Below are positions 44,107-56,177 of a DNA stretch of 64,000 nucleotides, piece by piece. A program made the position numbers and the translations under genes. The notes below the pieces were generated by a model, which ran no database searches, was not told the origin of the DNA, and was given only the letters and a program-made list of their open reading frames with translations. Source of the stretch: an uncultured Nitrososphaeraceae archaeon (GTDB lineage: Archaea; Thermoproteota; Nitrososphaeria; Nitrososphaerales; Nitrososphaeraceae); assembly GCA_963837175.1 (NCBI GenBank), contig CAWIMJ010000050.1, positions 334,133 through 398,132 on the forward strand, in the 5' to 3' direction. Every line of letters starts with the position of its first letter. Position 1 is the first letter of the stretch.

Positions 44107-45060
44107 TTAATTTTTTTTGGATATTTTTTCGTCTAACATTTTACGTAACTCGGCTATATGTTCTGGATTAGTTCCACAACATCCGCCAATAATGCGGATA
44201 TTTTTATAGTTCTCGATAAAGTCTTTAAGTTTGTCTCTCATTTCTACTGGAGTCATTTTATATACAGCTTTACCGCCTTCATTTCGAGGCATGCCTGCAT
44301 TAGGAATCACTAGTATAGGCAGTTCACCTTGCTCACTTAACCATCTAACACTCGGAGTCATCTCCACGGGACCAGTAGAGCAATTTAGACCAAAAACATC
44401 TATTCCCATGTCGCTAACTGTAGTGTAAGCAGCTTGAACATTTGTTCCAAGTAACATCTTTCCATATTGATCTAGTGTAACATTGGATATCAGTGGAACT
44501 TTTTTTCCTGTCTTCTGCATAGCATCATGGCATCCATTGATCGCAACTTTTACTTCGAGAATATCTTGGCTAGTTTCGATAAGTAGTGCATCGACTTTTC
44601 CAAGAATCAAGCCTTCTGCTTGCTGCTCAAATGCTTCATTGATCTTGTCTAGAGATATTTGTCCTAAGTCAGGATCGTTTGAGCTTGGTAGATAGCCTGT
44701 CGGTCCCATAGAACCTATAACATAGCAAGCTTTATCGTCAAATTCACTGCATACTTCTCTTCCAAGTTCAGCAGCTTTTTTATTGAGTTCAACAGTTCTG
44801 TTACCATATCCATACTCATCTAGCTTTAGCTTGTTACTTCCAAAGGTGTTTGTCTCTATACAATCGGCTCCAGCTTTCAAGTAGTCTCTATGGATTTGTT
44901 TGATCCATTCCGGTCTACTAATGATTAAACCATCATTAAAACCATCCTTTTTATCTGGAAAATCATTAAGGTTAGGATTCAATCTCTGTATCTCTGTTCC
45001 CATCGCTCCATCAAAAAGAATTATTCGCTTTCTAAGTTCTTCGCTAAATGATATAACCAT
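44107..45060 (-). CDS. metH: Methionine synthase homocysteine-binding (S-methyltransferase) module, encoded separately
   Basis: FDGAMGT, GADCIETNTF, GLNCSTGP, PNAG and IGGCCGT Zn ligands. Confidence 0.94.
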   Translation of the reverse strand: MVISFSEELRKRIILFDGAMGTEIQRLNPNLNDFPDKKDGFNDGLIISRPEWIKQIHRDYLKAGADCIETNTFGSNKLKLDEYGYGNRTVELNKKAAELGREVCSEFDDKACYVIGSMGPTGYLPSSNDPDLGQISLDKINEAFEQQAEGLILGKVDALLIETSQDILEVKVAINGCHDAMQKTGKKVPLISNVTLDQYGKMLLGTNVQAAYTTVSDMGIDVFGLNCSTGPVEMTPSVRWLSEQGELPILVIPNAGMPRNEGGKAVYKMTPVEMRDKLKDFIENYKNIRIIGGCCGTNPEHIAELRKMLDEKISKKN

Positions 45061-46076
45061 GTTATAATGTTATTCGAAATCAAGAAACGGGTTTAATATG
45101 TTTCTCTCAATCTCATTTTATCTTCTCTCCTCTTCCCAACATTACAACCTATCATAATTGAAAGGCGTGTATTTGACTACCAGAGAACATTAGATCCTTT
45201 GCTTTTTTAGCATCTAATACTATGTTCATTCTCTTTTAATTAAATCTGTCAAAAGATTCATCCATCGGTAGGTGTAGAGATTACTTCACGGATGATCATA
45301 TAATTGTGAATCCGTCTAAAAATTGATTCTAATGGGTAAGGATATTGCCGCTCTTTTGACTCTCATCAAAGGTACTCTGGTTTTTTCTAAAAGGATGGTC
45401 ATTTGCTTCTTCTTGTAAGTGTGTAGTAAACGAATGCATGAACATAATAACTTGTAATCATTATCCTTTAAGCTTATTCTAATGTAGTTCAAAGGAACTA
45501 TTGTGAATATATGCATCGATAATATTGGTTTGCCAACTAAGTATTTGTGCAGATGGGATATAGCGATAATATTTTCGCCGCAATCATCAGCTTGCTGATT
45601 GGGTAAGAGATTTTGAATCGAATGCAAATTAAAAAGCCTCTGGTTAAATCTGCCTAAATGATGTTATTTAAGTAATCCTAGCTGTATTCATGCAAGACAA
45701 TGTTTCTTGTATCATAGAGCTCAGAGATATAGATTAAGGTATGATGCTTCGTTCTTAAAAAATAAAGGAAAAAATGGAAATAGGATAACGATGCAAGCAT
45801 TGATGGTCTGTATAGGATATCATTCTAATTCCAGATTATATATTGCAAATTCGAAAGGGTTCAAAATTAGATTACTTTTTACATTATATATGATTCTGCT
45901 CCAGCGATATTACCATACGAATTAACTGCTGGTTCAGCTATAATGTTTGATTCTTTAGCTCATGAATTACCATTTATAGCTACCGGTCAAGGTTGCTTTA
46001 GAGAATTGCTGCGCCTGCGATAAGGAGTAACTGCCGAAGAATTGACTGCTTCACCACAAACTTTCAATATCTCGTT

Positions 46077-46601
46077 TTAAATGATCAATAAAGGTGATCC
46101 TTTCATTGAATTTATATTAACAAATTCCAGTCGTTTATTTTCAGTTTCAAAAATCGCTAAGGTTGCCTTATATCCAAATAACCATCCTTTTGCTGTTCCT
46201 GGATTAATAACCATTGTTTTAGCTATGTTCAATTTTTGCAATTGATGAGTGTGACCACAGATAACAACATCATATTTTCTGGAATGAATCAATGATTCTT
46301 TCAGTTGACAGCTAGTTCCATGATATACGGCAAACTTTATACCGTCTTCATTGAATTCATAAAGCTCGCCTTTTAGTTCACCGCCAATTTCATTGAAGGC
46401 ATCACTTAACCCAGCTTTATCTACATCATTATTTCCTAAAACTCCAATTAGTTTTAAGTCTTGAAAACATCTAACAGCTGGTGGTTTAACATAATCGCCA
46501 GCATGAAGTACAAAGCTTATTTTGCTGTCTTTGAAGATTTTGACAGCTTTGTCAATATTTTCTATAGAATCATGTGTATCAGATATTATGCCAATTTTCA
46601 A
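46077..46601 (-). CDS. YfcE/MJ0936-type metallophosphoesterase
   Basis: ISDTH, HAGD, GNND, HG, GHTH and NPG. Confidence 0.92.
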   Translation of the reverse strand: MKIGIISDTHDSIENIDKAVKIFKDSKISFVLHAGDYVKPPAVRCFQDLKLIGVLGNNDVDKAGLSDAFNEIGGELKGELYEFNEDGIKFAVYHGTSCQLKESLIHSRKYDVVICGHTHQLQKLNIAKTMVINPGTAKGWLFGYKATLAIFETENKRLEFVNINSMKGSPLLII

Positions 46602-46999
46602 ATATATCTTATATAACGGTTGTAGATAAGGACTTAAAATATGTATATATGATGATAGATTTTACTTCATTAAAGGAACGATGGTAATATCAGCTGTGAA
46701 ATAACTTAGGTATTCTAGTTACAACTTATAAAGATACGAACTAACTTCTTTCTATGAATTAATGATAATGTAATGAAGTACACCTAGATTTTGATTATGA
46801 AATTAGTGAACGACCTAAGTATCTAATGATTGTGTTGTTTGGCTAACATGATCAGTTATGACTGGTGCGGCTTCAGCTCCAGACCAAACCTTCCAAAGAA
46901 CATTTCTATGCATTGTTAGATGATTCCTTATGTTTTAAATGATTTTCATTTGACCGGTCTGCATTTAGTTTACTAATATTACTCATTCTACACACACAG

Positions 47000-47860
47000 A
47001 TGCTGGACTGGCCTCTCTATAATGAATCACTAGTTCGACGTGTTAAAATACTCTTAGTTTTGATATACTTGATGGATAGGCTCATGAGTTAGCTCATATG
47101 ACTCGTGATAAGGTTGGCGAACCCTATGATTATCCAAACTCCTTTATTCAGCTTCTAGGTTATATGAGAGCATATATTTTCATCGATCCTGTATAGACAG
47201 ACACAAGGTGTTGTTATAGCTTAAGCAAGTAGAAAAGTACCGTGCATACCTCATTACAGTACCATTAGTAGACTCACACAAACTAGAGATTAAAATCAAT
47301 GAGAAAATAGGAGATGATATTGTGATTGCTTTAGACAGTACAGAGGTATTCAAAGTAGATAATAGAAGAGAATGGAAACGCCAGTATAAATGCCATGTTA
47401 GAAAGGGATGCATGAAAATACATTTGTTTCAATAGATATCAAGAAGAAAAGAACCATGTCTTTAGAAGTCACAAGTGAAGAGATGCATGATGGCAAGATG
47501 CTGAAGAAAGAAGGCGGATAGATAAAGCTTCTGAAAATAATAATCTGAAGTGTGTACGTGTTATCTATTGGTATGTATTATAACAATAAGAATTATAGAT
47601 ATTATCAAAGAACCATATTAAATCTGGTATAAAGACTAGAAATAATTCCAAGGTCAAGACAACTAACTGTCAAGATAGAAACATATCAGGGGTAAGACAC
47701 AACAACCAAATCTGAACACATGGAAGCATAGCGTAGGCTATGGACAGAGAGGTGATATAGAATCTGTCTTTTTGTGTATGAAAAGGATGTATGGAGAACA
47801 CGTATCTGCAAGAAAGTTTCCTAATATGATAAACGAGATCTTTCTGAAGGCGGCTGAAAT
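47000..47860 (+). mobile_element. Degenerate IS5-family DDE transposase remnant
   Basis: Fragments across frames: MLDWPLYNESLVRR..., YPNSFIQLLGYMRAYFH, YRQTQG, IVIALDST..KVDNR.EW, KIH..IDIKKKR..SLEVTSEEMHDGKMLKK and ESVF..MKRMYGEHVSARKFPNM. Many stops and frameshifts. Confidence 0.85.
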
Positions 47861-47931
47861 ACTTTATTCTGAGGAATCTGAGTCAGGCTATATTTTATTT
47901 AAGCTTAAATCATCTGTTGTTTCCTTACAAG

Positions 47932-48114
47932 CTATGTCTTCTCTTTTATGGGTATCTCACCCTTTTGTATGTGATCTGTCAACTCATGCCTTTGTCTATC
48001 ACCTAAATTATCAAAATGCACTTGGCACAGTCTACATCTATAATAATGCGCCATCATATTGTCATTATTCTTGGACAAATTACTACTCGCTCTTACATAT
48101 TTAATACTCGTCAT
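47932..48114 (-). CDS. Small C2H2-type zinc-finger protein
   Basis: YRCRLCQVHFDNLGDRQRHELTDH. Confidence 0.7.
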   Translation of the reverse strand: MTSIKYVRASSNLSKNNDNMMAHYYRCRLCQVHFDNLGDRQRHELTDHIQKGEIPIKEKT

Positions 48115-48165
48115 ATAAGTTTAAGCAAATATTTTATATTAGTTAAGAAAACTTATAAAGATCTT

Positions 48166-49648
48166 ATGAAAGGGTAATAATATACACCCTTACTCTTCTT
48201 ATACGTCTGGTTCTGCTAATACTTGGAAATCTTTTATTATTAAGGCAGAAAGGTTCATAAAGAAAACCCAAGAACACGTACTTCAGGGGCTAAATCCTGG
48301 AGGAGTTTACCAAGCAATATGGTGTAGAGACGCATCCTATATCCTTAAAGATTGGTTTCTATCTGGCAATCTTCAAGGAGTAATGCAGCAAATTTATCTA
48401 ATATGGTCTCATCAAATATCACCTAATAAAGAAAAGGTAATTTATGGAAGAGGATCTCCAAAGATGGATTTTTTACCGGAAGTAGCAAATGCAGATAAAG
48501 AAAAAGAGTTTGAGGGAGCACTTCCAACAACAATCTATCAAGCTGGATTTTCTGAAATTTATGGACAAAGTCCAGACATTGATTCTACTGGGTTGATAAT
48601 CTCTACTACCTCTTGGATATTGGCTAGAGCTTTGAACGAGCAGCAACAACAAGAAGGCAAGGTTTCTTTAACTCAAGAGTCATCGGCACAGAGCACAATT
48701 ACAGCATCTGAAAATTCATCAGACTACGTTTCTGCTTTATTATCAAAAGCCGGAATAACAGATCCGCCACAAGTTACTAAGTTTGTTGTTCCTCGTATGT
48801 TAAGATCTATTGAATACTTGAATAGGCGTGACATTGATAACGATGGTTTGTTAGAACAAAGTCATAATGAAGACTGGATGGATACTACAGTAAGGTCAGG
48901 GAAAATAGTCTACAGTCAAGCTTGTTGGCTTCTTGCTCTAAATGACCTCTCTACTTTATTAACAAAACTAGAAAGAGATAGTGAATCTAACAGATTAACA
49001 CAATTGGCAAATAAAACAATACATGCTATAGAGGAAAAACTATGGTCAGAGGAGGCTGGCTGCTATATGGATATTGAAGAATCACATCACAATGGCGCCG
49101 AAGATAGAATGATTACTCAAGATATATCCCTTTATCTTGTTGCACTTACAGAGAATAGATCATACGATAGCTTCAGACTATATCATCACCAAGATAATAA
49201 TAAGAAAAAAGAGACGAAGCAACAAGAACAGGAACAAGAACTAAATTCGATTCATCAAGAACTCTATAATAGAACCACAGGCAGCCTTTATGCTCTCAGA
49301 AAGAGAATATGGAAAGATAAATGGCCCCTAGTGACAGAAGGTGAGCTAAAGAAAACTGCGCCATGGGTTCATAAATCATATCATTATCATAACCACACAT
49401 GTTGGCCTTGGCTTACAGGAGTGGAAATGCTTGCAAGAAGCAGGTTTAATCAAATTGAAGAGTGCGATATTCTATTTTCAAAATTTGCGTCAGAAGATGA
49501 TCCACATATCCATACTTTTTATGAATGGATAAATCCTGTTACTGAGGAAGGATGTGGAGCCTATCCATTTAGAACGGGAATATCAACTTTAAGAATAGCG
49601 CTTGCAGATATTATTGAAAAAATTAGAAATGAATCTTCTTTTTTATGA
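48166..49648 (+). CDS. (alpha/alpha)6-barrel glycoside hydrolase (amylo-alpha-1,6-glucosidase/GH15-like); probable start at 48166 with a 1-bp frameshift
   Basis: The frame stays open upstream of 48383 and includes YQAIWCRDASY. Also DIDST, DIDNDGLLEQ...DWMD, YHNHTCWPW and FYEW. Confidence 0.78.
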
Positions 49649-49829
49649 ACAACAGCAAAAGGATAAGATTATAAAAGCAATACTATTGTGAATTGATCTC
49701 AATAACGTATCATTACTTTAAAAAATAAGAGAACAATAATATTCCTTCTTATTGCTCACTGGATTTACTCATTTATTTCCTTTATTTGCACTAGTACAAC
49801 TAGTACTATATTATGAATTTCTATATTAT

Positions 49830-50591
49830 GTTCGTTTGCAGCAAGCTAGGATATTGAATCATTACACCATCCACAAAGAATGTCGCCCCTGTAATGTGGT
49901 ATGCCTTATCGGAGGATAGAAATTCAACTCATCTGTGTTTCTAACTCTTCCCATAGGTATCCGCTTGAGATCTTTCTAGTTCTAGTTTGTTCACTCTTAA
50001 CTCTCGATTATTATTAGTATCTATAGCTCCTGGGGAAACGATATTTGTTCTTATATTACCTATAGTCAATTCTAATGCCATCGTCTTTGTCATCATTTCA
50101 AATCCAGCCTTTGAGATAGCGTAGGGAATATAGTATGGTCTAGATATTGCATGATGAACAGATGAAATATATATTATACATCCACCTTTTGGAGTGTTTT
50201 GCTTTTTCGTGTGTTTGACAGCCTCTCTGCTACAGATAAAGGTCCTGTAAGATTTACGCCTATTATTTTGAACCATTCATCTATACGTATTCTCTGTCAG
50301 AGGAATATCTTCCTGAACTCTATTATTTTCCAATACATCTATTCTACCAAAATGTTTGACAGTTTCTGCTACTCAGTACAATTATGTTCCTATGAAACAT
50401 CTGTTCCAATTGCAATTGAATCACCACGGTGATGTAAATTCTTTATTTCTTTATATCCTGGCTCTGCATATTCTACCGTTCTGGAGTTTGTTATTATGCC
50501 AGAGTATTTTCTTGACTTAACATTTTAATGTAATACCTTTTCCAATTCCCTTACTAGATCCCGTTACAAAAGCAATCCTCTTCTTACTCAT
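49830..50591 (-). pseudogene. Disrupted SDR (glucose 1-dehydrogenase-like)
   Basis: MSKKRIAFVTGSSKGIGKG, ISSVH, YAISK, VSPGAIDT and ITGATFFVDG lie in different frames with stops. Confidence 0.82.
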
Positions 50592-51348
50592 AGAAGCAGA
50601 AGCATAGAAGACAGCATTTTATAAACCGGATGATAATAATGGTGTTTTGTATTGTTCTGTAAATAGCAATATAGTTTTTCAGTGATTCTAACGATATGAA
50701 AATGCGATTTATAATTTCAACTCGTCGAATCCAGAACTGTTGAAATAATAAACATCTTCATTTCTCATATACATAAGTAATTTACAATTATGATATTGTA
50801 CACGAATGTTAATGCTGAACTATATTGGTATCTTTACTATCTTGTATCATTCTAAAAGTATGAAATCAATGATATTCATTAAAGTATATTAAGTATTATC
50901 ATATTAATTATAAATCTTAAATGCTATATTTATTCTAATTCAATATTATTTGGGAAATTAATTGTTAAGCACAAGCCATAGATTAAATAACATGAAGCAA
51001 TAAGAAAGATTATGACCCTAAACAGTTACTGAGACGGCAACTTTTACTTTGGGATTTGGTCTCAGAATTTTATCTAATATTATCGTATTTTTGATAATAG
51101 TGATATAATAATAGTCGATTAGAATGTGATTTTCAATTAACAAACGATTTGATCAATTCTCCATGAAATGACAGATAAATAATTTCATGCAGTACAAAGT
51201 CAATTATATGCCCTACAAATTGAAACGAAATCTTGTTCCAAAGTGGCAATGGCTTTATCTGTTATAAAGTGAAAATCAAATCTAATAAAATTTGTTAAAT
51301 AGCGAAAAAATGTTTAATATAGTCCATGTAATAATCTGATTTACAATA

Positions 51349-52425
51349 TTGGTTGTCGATACTATACGCACAATCAAACTTCTTGGAAAATGGTCAGGTA
51401 ATAGAGTAATAGGGCGTAGGCGACCGTTGGTAGCTGTCTTCAGTTTAACGCATTATTGTAACTTTTATTGTCCAATGTGTCCCTTTGGTGACTCTGATAA
51501 GACCTCTCAGATTCAGTTCGCCAAGAAAAATGATTTGTCAACTGAGCAATGGAAAATAATTTTTGAAAAAGTTTCTAAGTATTGTATTTGGTCTATAGTA
51601 GAAGGGGGTGAGCCCACCAGCCGACCTGATTTTATGGAACTTGTCAGTTATCTTTACAAACTTAATATACCTATTACATTGATTTCTAATTGCTCTCTAC
51701 TTCATACAATTGATCTAAACGAATTAAAGAAATATATCGAGTTTATTACATGTAGTATTGATTCAGTATTTGAGAAATCATATTGTAAAGTACGAGGTGT
51801 TTCGTCACAAATTTTTCAAAAGGTAATTGATAACTTGAATAGCTTAATAGAACATAAAGTACCTCACTACTTTAATAGTGTTATAACAAAATATAATACT
51901 GAAGAATTTATCGACCAATCTTATTTTGATAAGGCTAAAGAACTTGGCTCGCACGCAGTCTCTTTTACATTTGTCGAAGACAGATCGGATGTTAATTATT
52001 CCCTTCTTCCAGATCGGCAAACAATGATAAAAGTATGTGAAAGTATACTAGACTATAGTAAAAAACATGATTCTCCTAGGATATTGATTCCCTCAGAATA
52101 TTTCGAACAAATAATCAAATATGGACGAGGCATGTTCGATGAGTGTGGCGTGTGGAAAAGTGTATTTGTCAATGGTAATGGAACAGTCATGGTTCCATGT
52201 TGGAAATTTAATAATACTGAAAATATTTATAGTTTGTTAGAGAAGACCATAGATGAAATTTGGAGTGTGCCACAATGGGATATAGCAAAGACTTGTAAAG
52301 ATTGCAAAGTGCTAGGGTGTATTTGGTATTCTTCACAACCTGTCACTACCTTTGCAACGAATTACATGAAGGGGATATCAAAAATGATTAATCAACAAAG
52401 GCCAGAACTTGCTGAAATAAGTTAA
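51349..52425 (+). CDS. Radical SAM enzyme with a C-terminal Cys-rich twitch/SPASM-like region
   Basis: CNFYCPMC, EGGEP and SID; C-terminal ECG...VPC...CKDC...C. Confidence 0.9.
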   Translation: MVVDTIRTIKLLGKWSGNRVIGRRRPLVAVFSLTHYCNFYCPMCPFGDSDKTSQIQFAKKNDLSTEQWKIIFEKVSKYCIWSIVEGGEPTSRPDFMELVSYLYKLNIPITLISNCSLLHTIDLNELKKYIEFITCSIDSVFEKSYCKVRGVSSQIFQKVIDNLNSLIEHKVPHYFNSVITKYNTEEFIDQSYFDKAKELGSHAVSFTFVEDRSDVNYSLLPDRQTMIKVCESILDYSKKHDSPRILIPSEYFEQIIKYGRGMFDECGVWKSVFVNGNGTVMVPCWKFNNTENIYSLLEKTIDEIWSVPQWDIAKTCKDCKVLGCIWYSSQPVTTFATNYMKGISKMINQQRPELAEIS

Positions 52426-52579
52426 AGTGTCCATAGTGAAGGAAGTTATCCTCCTCCTAGATATCAATAATTACATTCTTATCGATACCCTCATTATCTT
52501 TTCTATTTTCTCTTTTCCTCTACTAATATGCTAACCGAAGTCAATTACTTTCACCTTTATTATCTATAATACCTATATG

Positions 52580-53150
52580 TATAGCAATGGCTATGTTTGT
52601 GTTAGGAGTGTTCCCATATATCTCGCTCAGAGAGTTTCTTCAATATCTATCTCTATATTACCTCTTCTCATTAGATATTATGATATCGATTTAATCTCTG
52701 TTATTGTATCCTCTCTAAGTGAATGATTAGAACAGAGCCTCATCATGTTCTTTGTCTTATTCGAAGTAACAATACGAGTCATTAGTTAATCGCTAGACCT
52801 CTCTATCTTCGTCTCAGACATACCTCCGGTAAATATGTTCCAATGGAGAAGAACACATAGGAACCACATAATTCTCCCCAACGAAGCAATATTCTTGATA
52901 AAAGAGATAATGAATTCGATTAGAAAAACTCTAGACAATACCTTAGTTGTAGGATCTTTTTAGCAGCATAACAAATCATATATATATATGATAAAATTCT
53001 TCGATGATTTGACAAACACATTGAAATTACAAATAGAAACAACAATAGCAAAATCAACTTATTAGATGTAAAGGTATACAACAACAATTACAGTAAAAAA
53101 ATTGCAATAGACCTTTACTACTTGAAGAAAGAGATCTACAAATAGGTTCT
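52580..53150 (-). pseudogene. Possible highly decayed ion-channel (K+ channel-like) remnant
   Basis: Hydrophobic fragments (VDFAIVV, GRIMWFL) and an EKLSERD-like tail; heavily disrupted, so the assignment is weak. Confidence 0.25.
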
Positions 53151-53374
53151 ACATCCACTTGATTCTTATTGCATTGATAGAACAATACTTTATTTCGAAA
53201 TCTCGTGCGAATACTTACTCCAGCAAGTTACTAACTATCCCAATAATACCTATTAATATCGATACTCTTGTTATTGTTGAATTTCGATAAAAGCTGGAAG
53301 TGCCCGTATGTTTGGCAGTTCCAACATACTAATACTACTTTAGGAGACAGAGCGTAAGATTTGTGTTCCTCTAT

Positions 53375-53719
53375 CTATCCCACTCTTTTCATCTTTGAAC
53401 CGCAATTAGGACATGCAATTTCCTTGTGTTCTTTTCCACAGCTCATACAATAGTACCTTAGTGGATTATAGCCATACATTGAAGGCGAAGAAGCGGTTGA
53501 GGATAATGACTTAAACAGTCCTTTTATATCGACACCTTTGCTTTTCAGCATTCTTCTTGTTCTAATGAAGTTTAAGAATAGGAAAGCTCCCAATGCGCCA
53601 ACCAAAGATATAGGGAATGGCAGAACCAAAGATATGGCAAAACCTATCCCAACATATATGCCCATCCACTTTAACTGGTATAAGAGAAACTGTTTATCAT
53701 TACTATGCGCAGCACTCAT
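53375..53719 (-). CDS. Small two-TM membrane protein with C-terminal Zn-ribbon
   Basis: KQFLLYQLKWMGIY...PFPISL...YYCMSCGKEHKEIACPNCGSKMKRVG; paralog of 8456..8755. Confidence 0.85.
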   Translation of the reverse strand: MSAAHSNDKQFLLYQLKWMGIYVGIGFAISLVLPFPISLVGALGAFLFLNFIRTRRMLKSKGVDIKGLFKSLSSTASSPSMYGYNPLRYYCMSCGKEHKEIACPNCGSKMKRVG

Positions 53720-54129
53720 ATCTGTGAAATATCACCTCGATTATATTTGTGCAAAATAGCTATTAAATTAGTCGTGTACTTTGTACTGCATTGTGTTATC
53801 TTTGATAGATAAATAGTAAAGTTTCATGTTTAAAATATACGTCATTGTATAAAAGTGAACCTCCAGAAATCCGGCAACAATATCCCAGAGAAAATTAGAT
53901 ATGATTAATATAATGATTCCTATATAAGCAAACTAAGATATATTCACGATTATATTTGAAATCACAAAGACAACAATAGTAGGTTTATTCAAGAAGGGTA
54001 TATTTTAGAAAATGTTACAGAGAATTTTTCTTTATTAACATTTAGCGTCAGCTAAAAAAGATATTATGCTTGTTCTTGTTATTACTGCTACTATCAGCTA
54101 TTCTCTTGAAGCTAGTTTCGCATTTCCAC

Positions 54130-54275
54130 CACTAGTACCTAGCATCAAGTTTCAATATTGCCCAAACGTTTGTCCGTGATCAATACTTACTCTCACTACA
54201 GGTTCCTTTGCTATTTGATTTCTTTTCCAGCATGTAACTAATACCTTTCCACCTTCTGCTGATATTTCCGCTTCT
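54130..54275 (-). pseudogene. Fragment of an Asp-box/BNR-repeat (sialidase-like) protein
   Basis: AEISAEGGKVLVTCWKRNQIAKEPVVRVSIDHGQTFG contains an SxDxGxTF Asp-box. Confidence 0.5.
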
Positions 54276-54283
54276 TTTTTTGC

Positions 54284-54490
54284 CTATGTATTGGCTTGAC
54301 TATTCTCCTCTTTATTTCCGTCCGCTTTGTTCATTTGCGTGTTCAATGATTCTAGCGAATTAAGAACACCATGCGCACCAGGATTGATCTCGATTGGAGA
54401 CACATAGCTCCAATGAATGATTCCGTCCTTATCGACAACAAACAAAGCACGTTCTAATATACCATCTTCCCTACAATACACTGCTATCAA
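54284..54490 (-). pseudogene. C-terminal remnant of a peroxiredoxin/redoxin
   Basis: GILERALFVVDKDGIIHWSYVSPIEINPG; the N-terminal catalytic part is absent. Confidence 0.72.
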
Positions 54491-54849
54491 TTGGTATCAA
54501 TGAAATGTAAGTCTTTTAAAGGTGAATTACTTATAGAGTAGGGTAAAAATTACAATGACGATCGTAGAAGAAAGAAAAAATGTTGATAATAGATCTATAC
54601 TTTAATGAGCACAAGACTCCTTCTCTCATGAGCTTTCAAAGTAATACCATTTTTAATGTTTGATTAGGGAAGATATTATGCAGTTGAATACTACTCATTA
54701 GAATCTGTTATCTAATAAAATCTTAAGTCCAAACAAAGTTGTTGCAGATAGAGTGTTCAATTGAAAAACAAATAGGGTTTCTTCTAGATGAATGTAGCTA
54801 TATATTTTATTTCAATAACATTTAAGAAGAGCGGGACAGAGATAAATCT

Positions 54850-55324
54850 GTGTCAAAGAGCACCAACAATTCAATAGGCAGCAGATGCAGAAGCAACATC
54901 ATCTTCTGGTAAGGACGAGATAATTAGAGGACTGAACGATGATCTAGCAAGGGAGTACAAAGCAATTATCCAGTACGTGGTGTTCAGTTCCACATTGAAG
55001 GGCGCCGAATATGGAGACATTGCAGAACAGTTGAAAAAACATGCATCGCAGGAACTATCCCACGCGCTGGAAGTGGCTAAGCAGATCGATTACCTAGGTG
55101 GAGATCCAACAGTGAAAGGAAAAGAAGCCGAATATTCCCAGGATTCAAAGACTATGCTTGAGATTGATCTGAGAGCTGAACAAGAAACTATCAAAAACTA
55201 TAGAGAGAGAATCCGTCAGGCAGAACGCGCTGGTGAATTTGCTCTCTCAGAAACATTAAGAGATATTATCGTACAGGAACAGGATCACGAAATAGATCTC
55301 AAAGACGCCCTAGGACTAAGATGA
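54850..55324 (+). CDS. Ferritin-like (bacterioferritin-type) protein; probable GTG start at 54850 with a 1-bp frameshift near 54877
   Basis: The in-frame upstream sequence EIIRGLNDDLAREYKAIIQY supplies the first ferroxidase Glu. Also QELSHA, YLGGDP, AEQETIKNY and EQDHE. Confidence 0.85.
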
Positions 55325-55715
55325 TAACAAACGAGTAACTAAACATAAATCAACCTTCTTATTTTAACATCATAGACGACCCGTCAATGGTTCAAAGTAT
55401 AAGTTGTATTAGTATACTTAAATAAAAAAGTACAAAGTACAATCTTAAATAAGGATTTCTATGATATTAGACATCTATATGCAAAATTCAGCCAAATGGA
55501 ATAGATTAAACTATATCAACAGCGGGAAATTTGAAAGGACCCCTAGAAGAAAACTAGACAATTAATTAATAACATGTCGGACCTCATTCAGTATGCTTAG
55601 ATATCCATTGATTCATTTTTCATCAACATTTAAAAATGCGTTAAGGTTTTCTACCGCAACGATAATTGCAAGTTGGTGATTGTCAAGGTAGAACTTATAG
55701 CTGAAAAAAACGCCC

Positions 55716-55865
55716 ATGATAGAAGTTTCTCACTTGAAAGCAACTGGGGAGTCACTGTATATTGCAGGCGAATGGGTGAACCGTGGAAATAGACGCGCGA
55801 TCAATGACCAGAATCCTTACACGGAGGAGATCATTGAGCTGGCACAGCCGTTTCTCGGGGGGTAA
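55716..55865 (+). pseudogene. N-terminal fragment of an aldehyde dehydrogenase
   Basis: MIEVSHLKATGESLYIAGEWVNRGNRRAINDQNPYTEEIIE matches the ALDH start LYIxGEW...NPxTxE, then truncates. Confidence 0.65.
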
Positions 55866-56177
55866 ATATTATACATTATTTGAGCTATTTAGCGTAAATA
55901 TGAGCAGCTCAAACCAAAACATGCGCATAAACAAGAGGAAAGAGAAGAGAGATGATATCTTAGAGCGAAATATAGTAAGTAGCCTAAGAAAAATTATTTC
56001 TTAGTATATGTCCATTTCCTCAAAAGAAAAAGGTAGACGTTTTTTATTTGATCAAAAATGACCATGAATCAACAAATATAAGTATTTGTACAACTAGTTG
56101 CTAGAATGAAGATTTCATATCTTGATGTAATTTTTGATATGCTTTATAAGGTTAAGATTTCTTACAATGATTAATAG

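Noticed and set aside
41529-45060. Split metH as a novelty or an error
   Set aside because: The split falls at a domain boundary with separate start and stop codons. Two-gene MetH is known in this phylum.
54875-54877. In-frame TAG upstream of the ferritin-like ORF as possible pyrrolysine or readthrough
   Set aside because: A single extra G after the GTG start at 54850 explains it, and no pyl genes or tRNA-Pyl are in the window.
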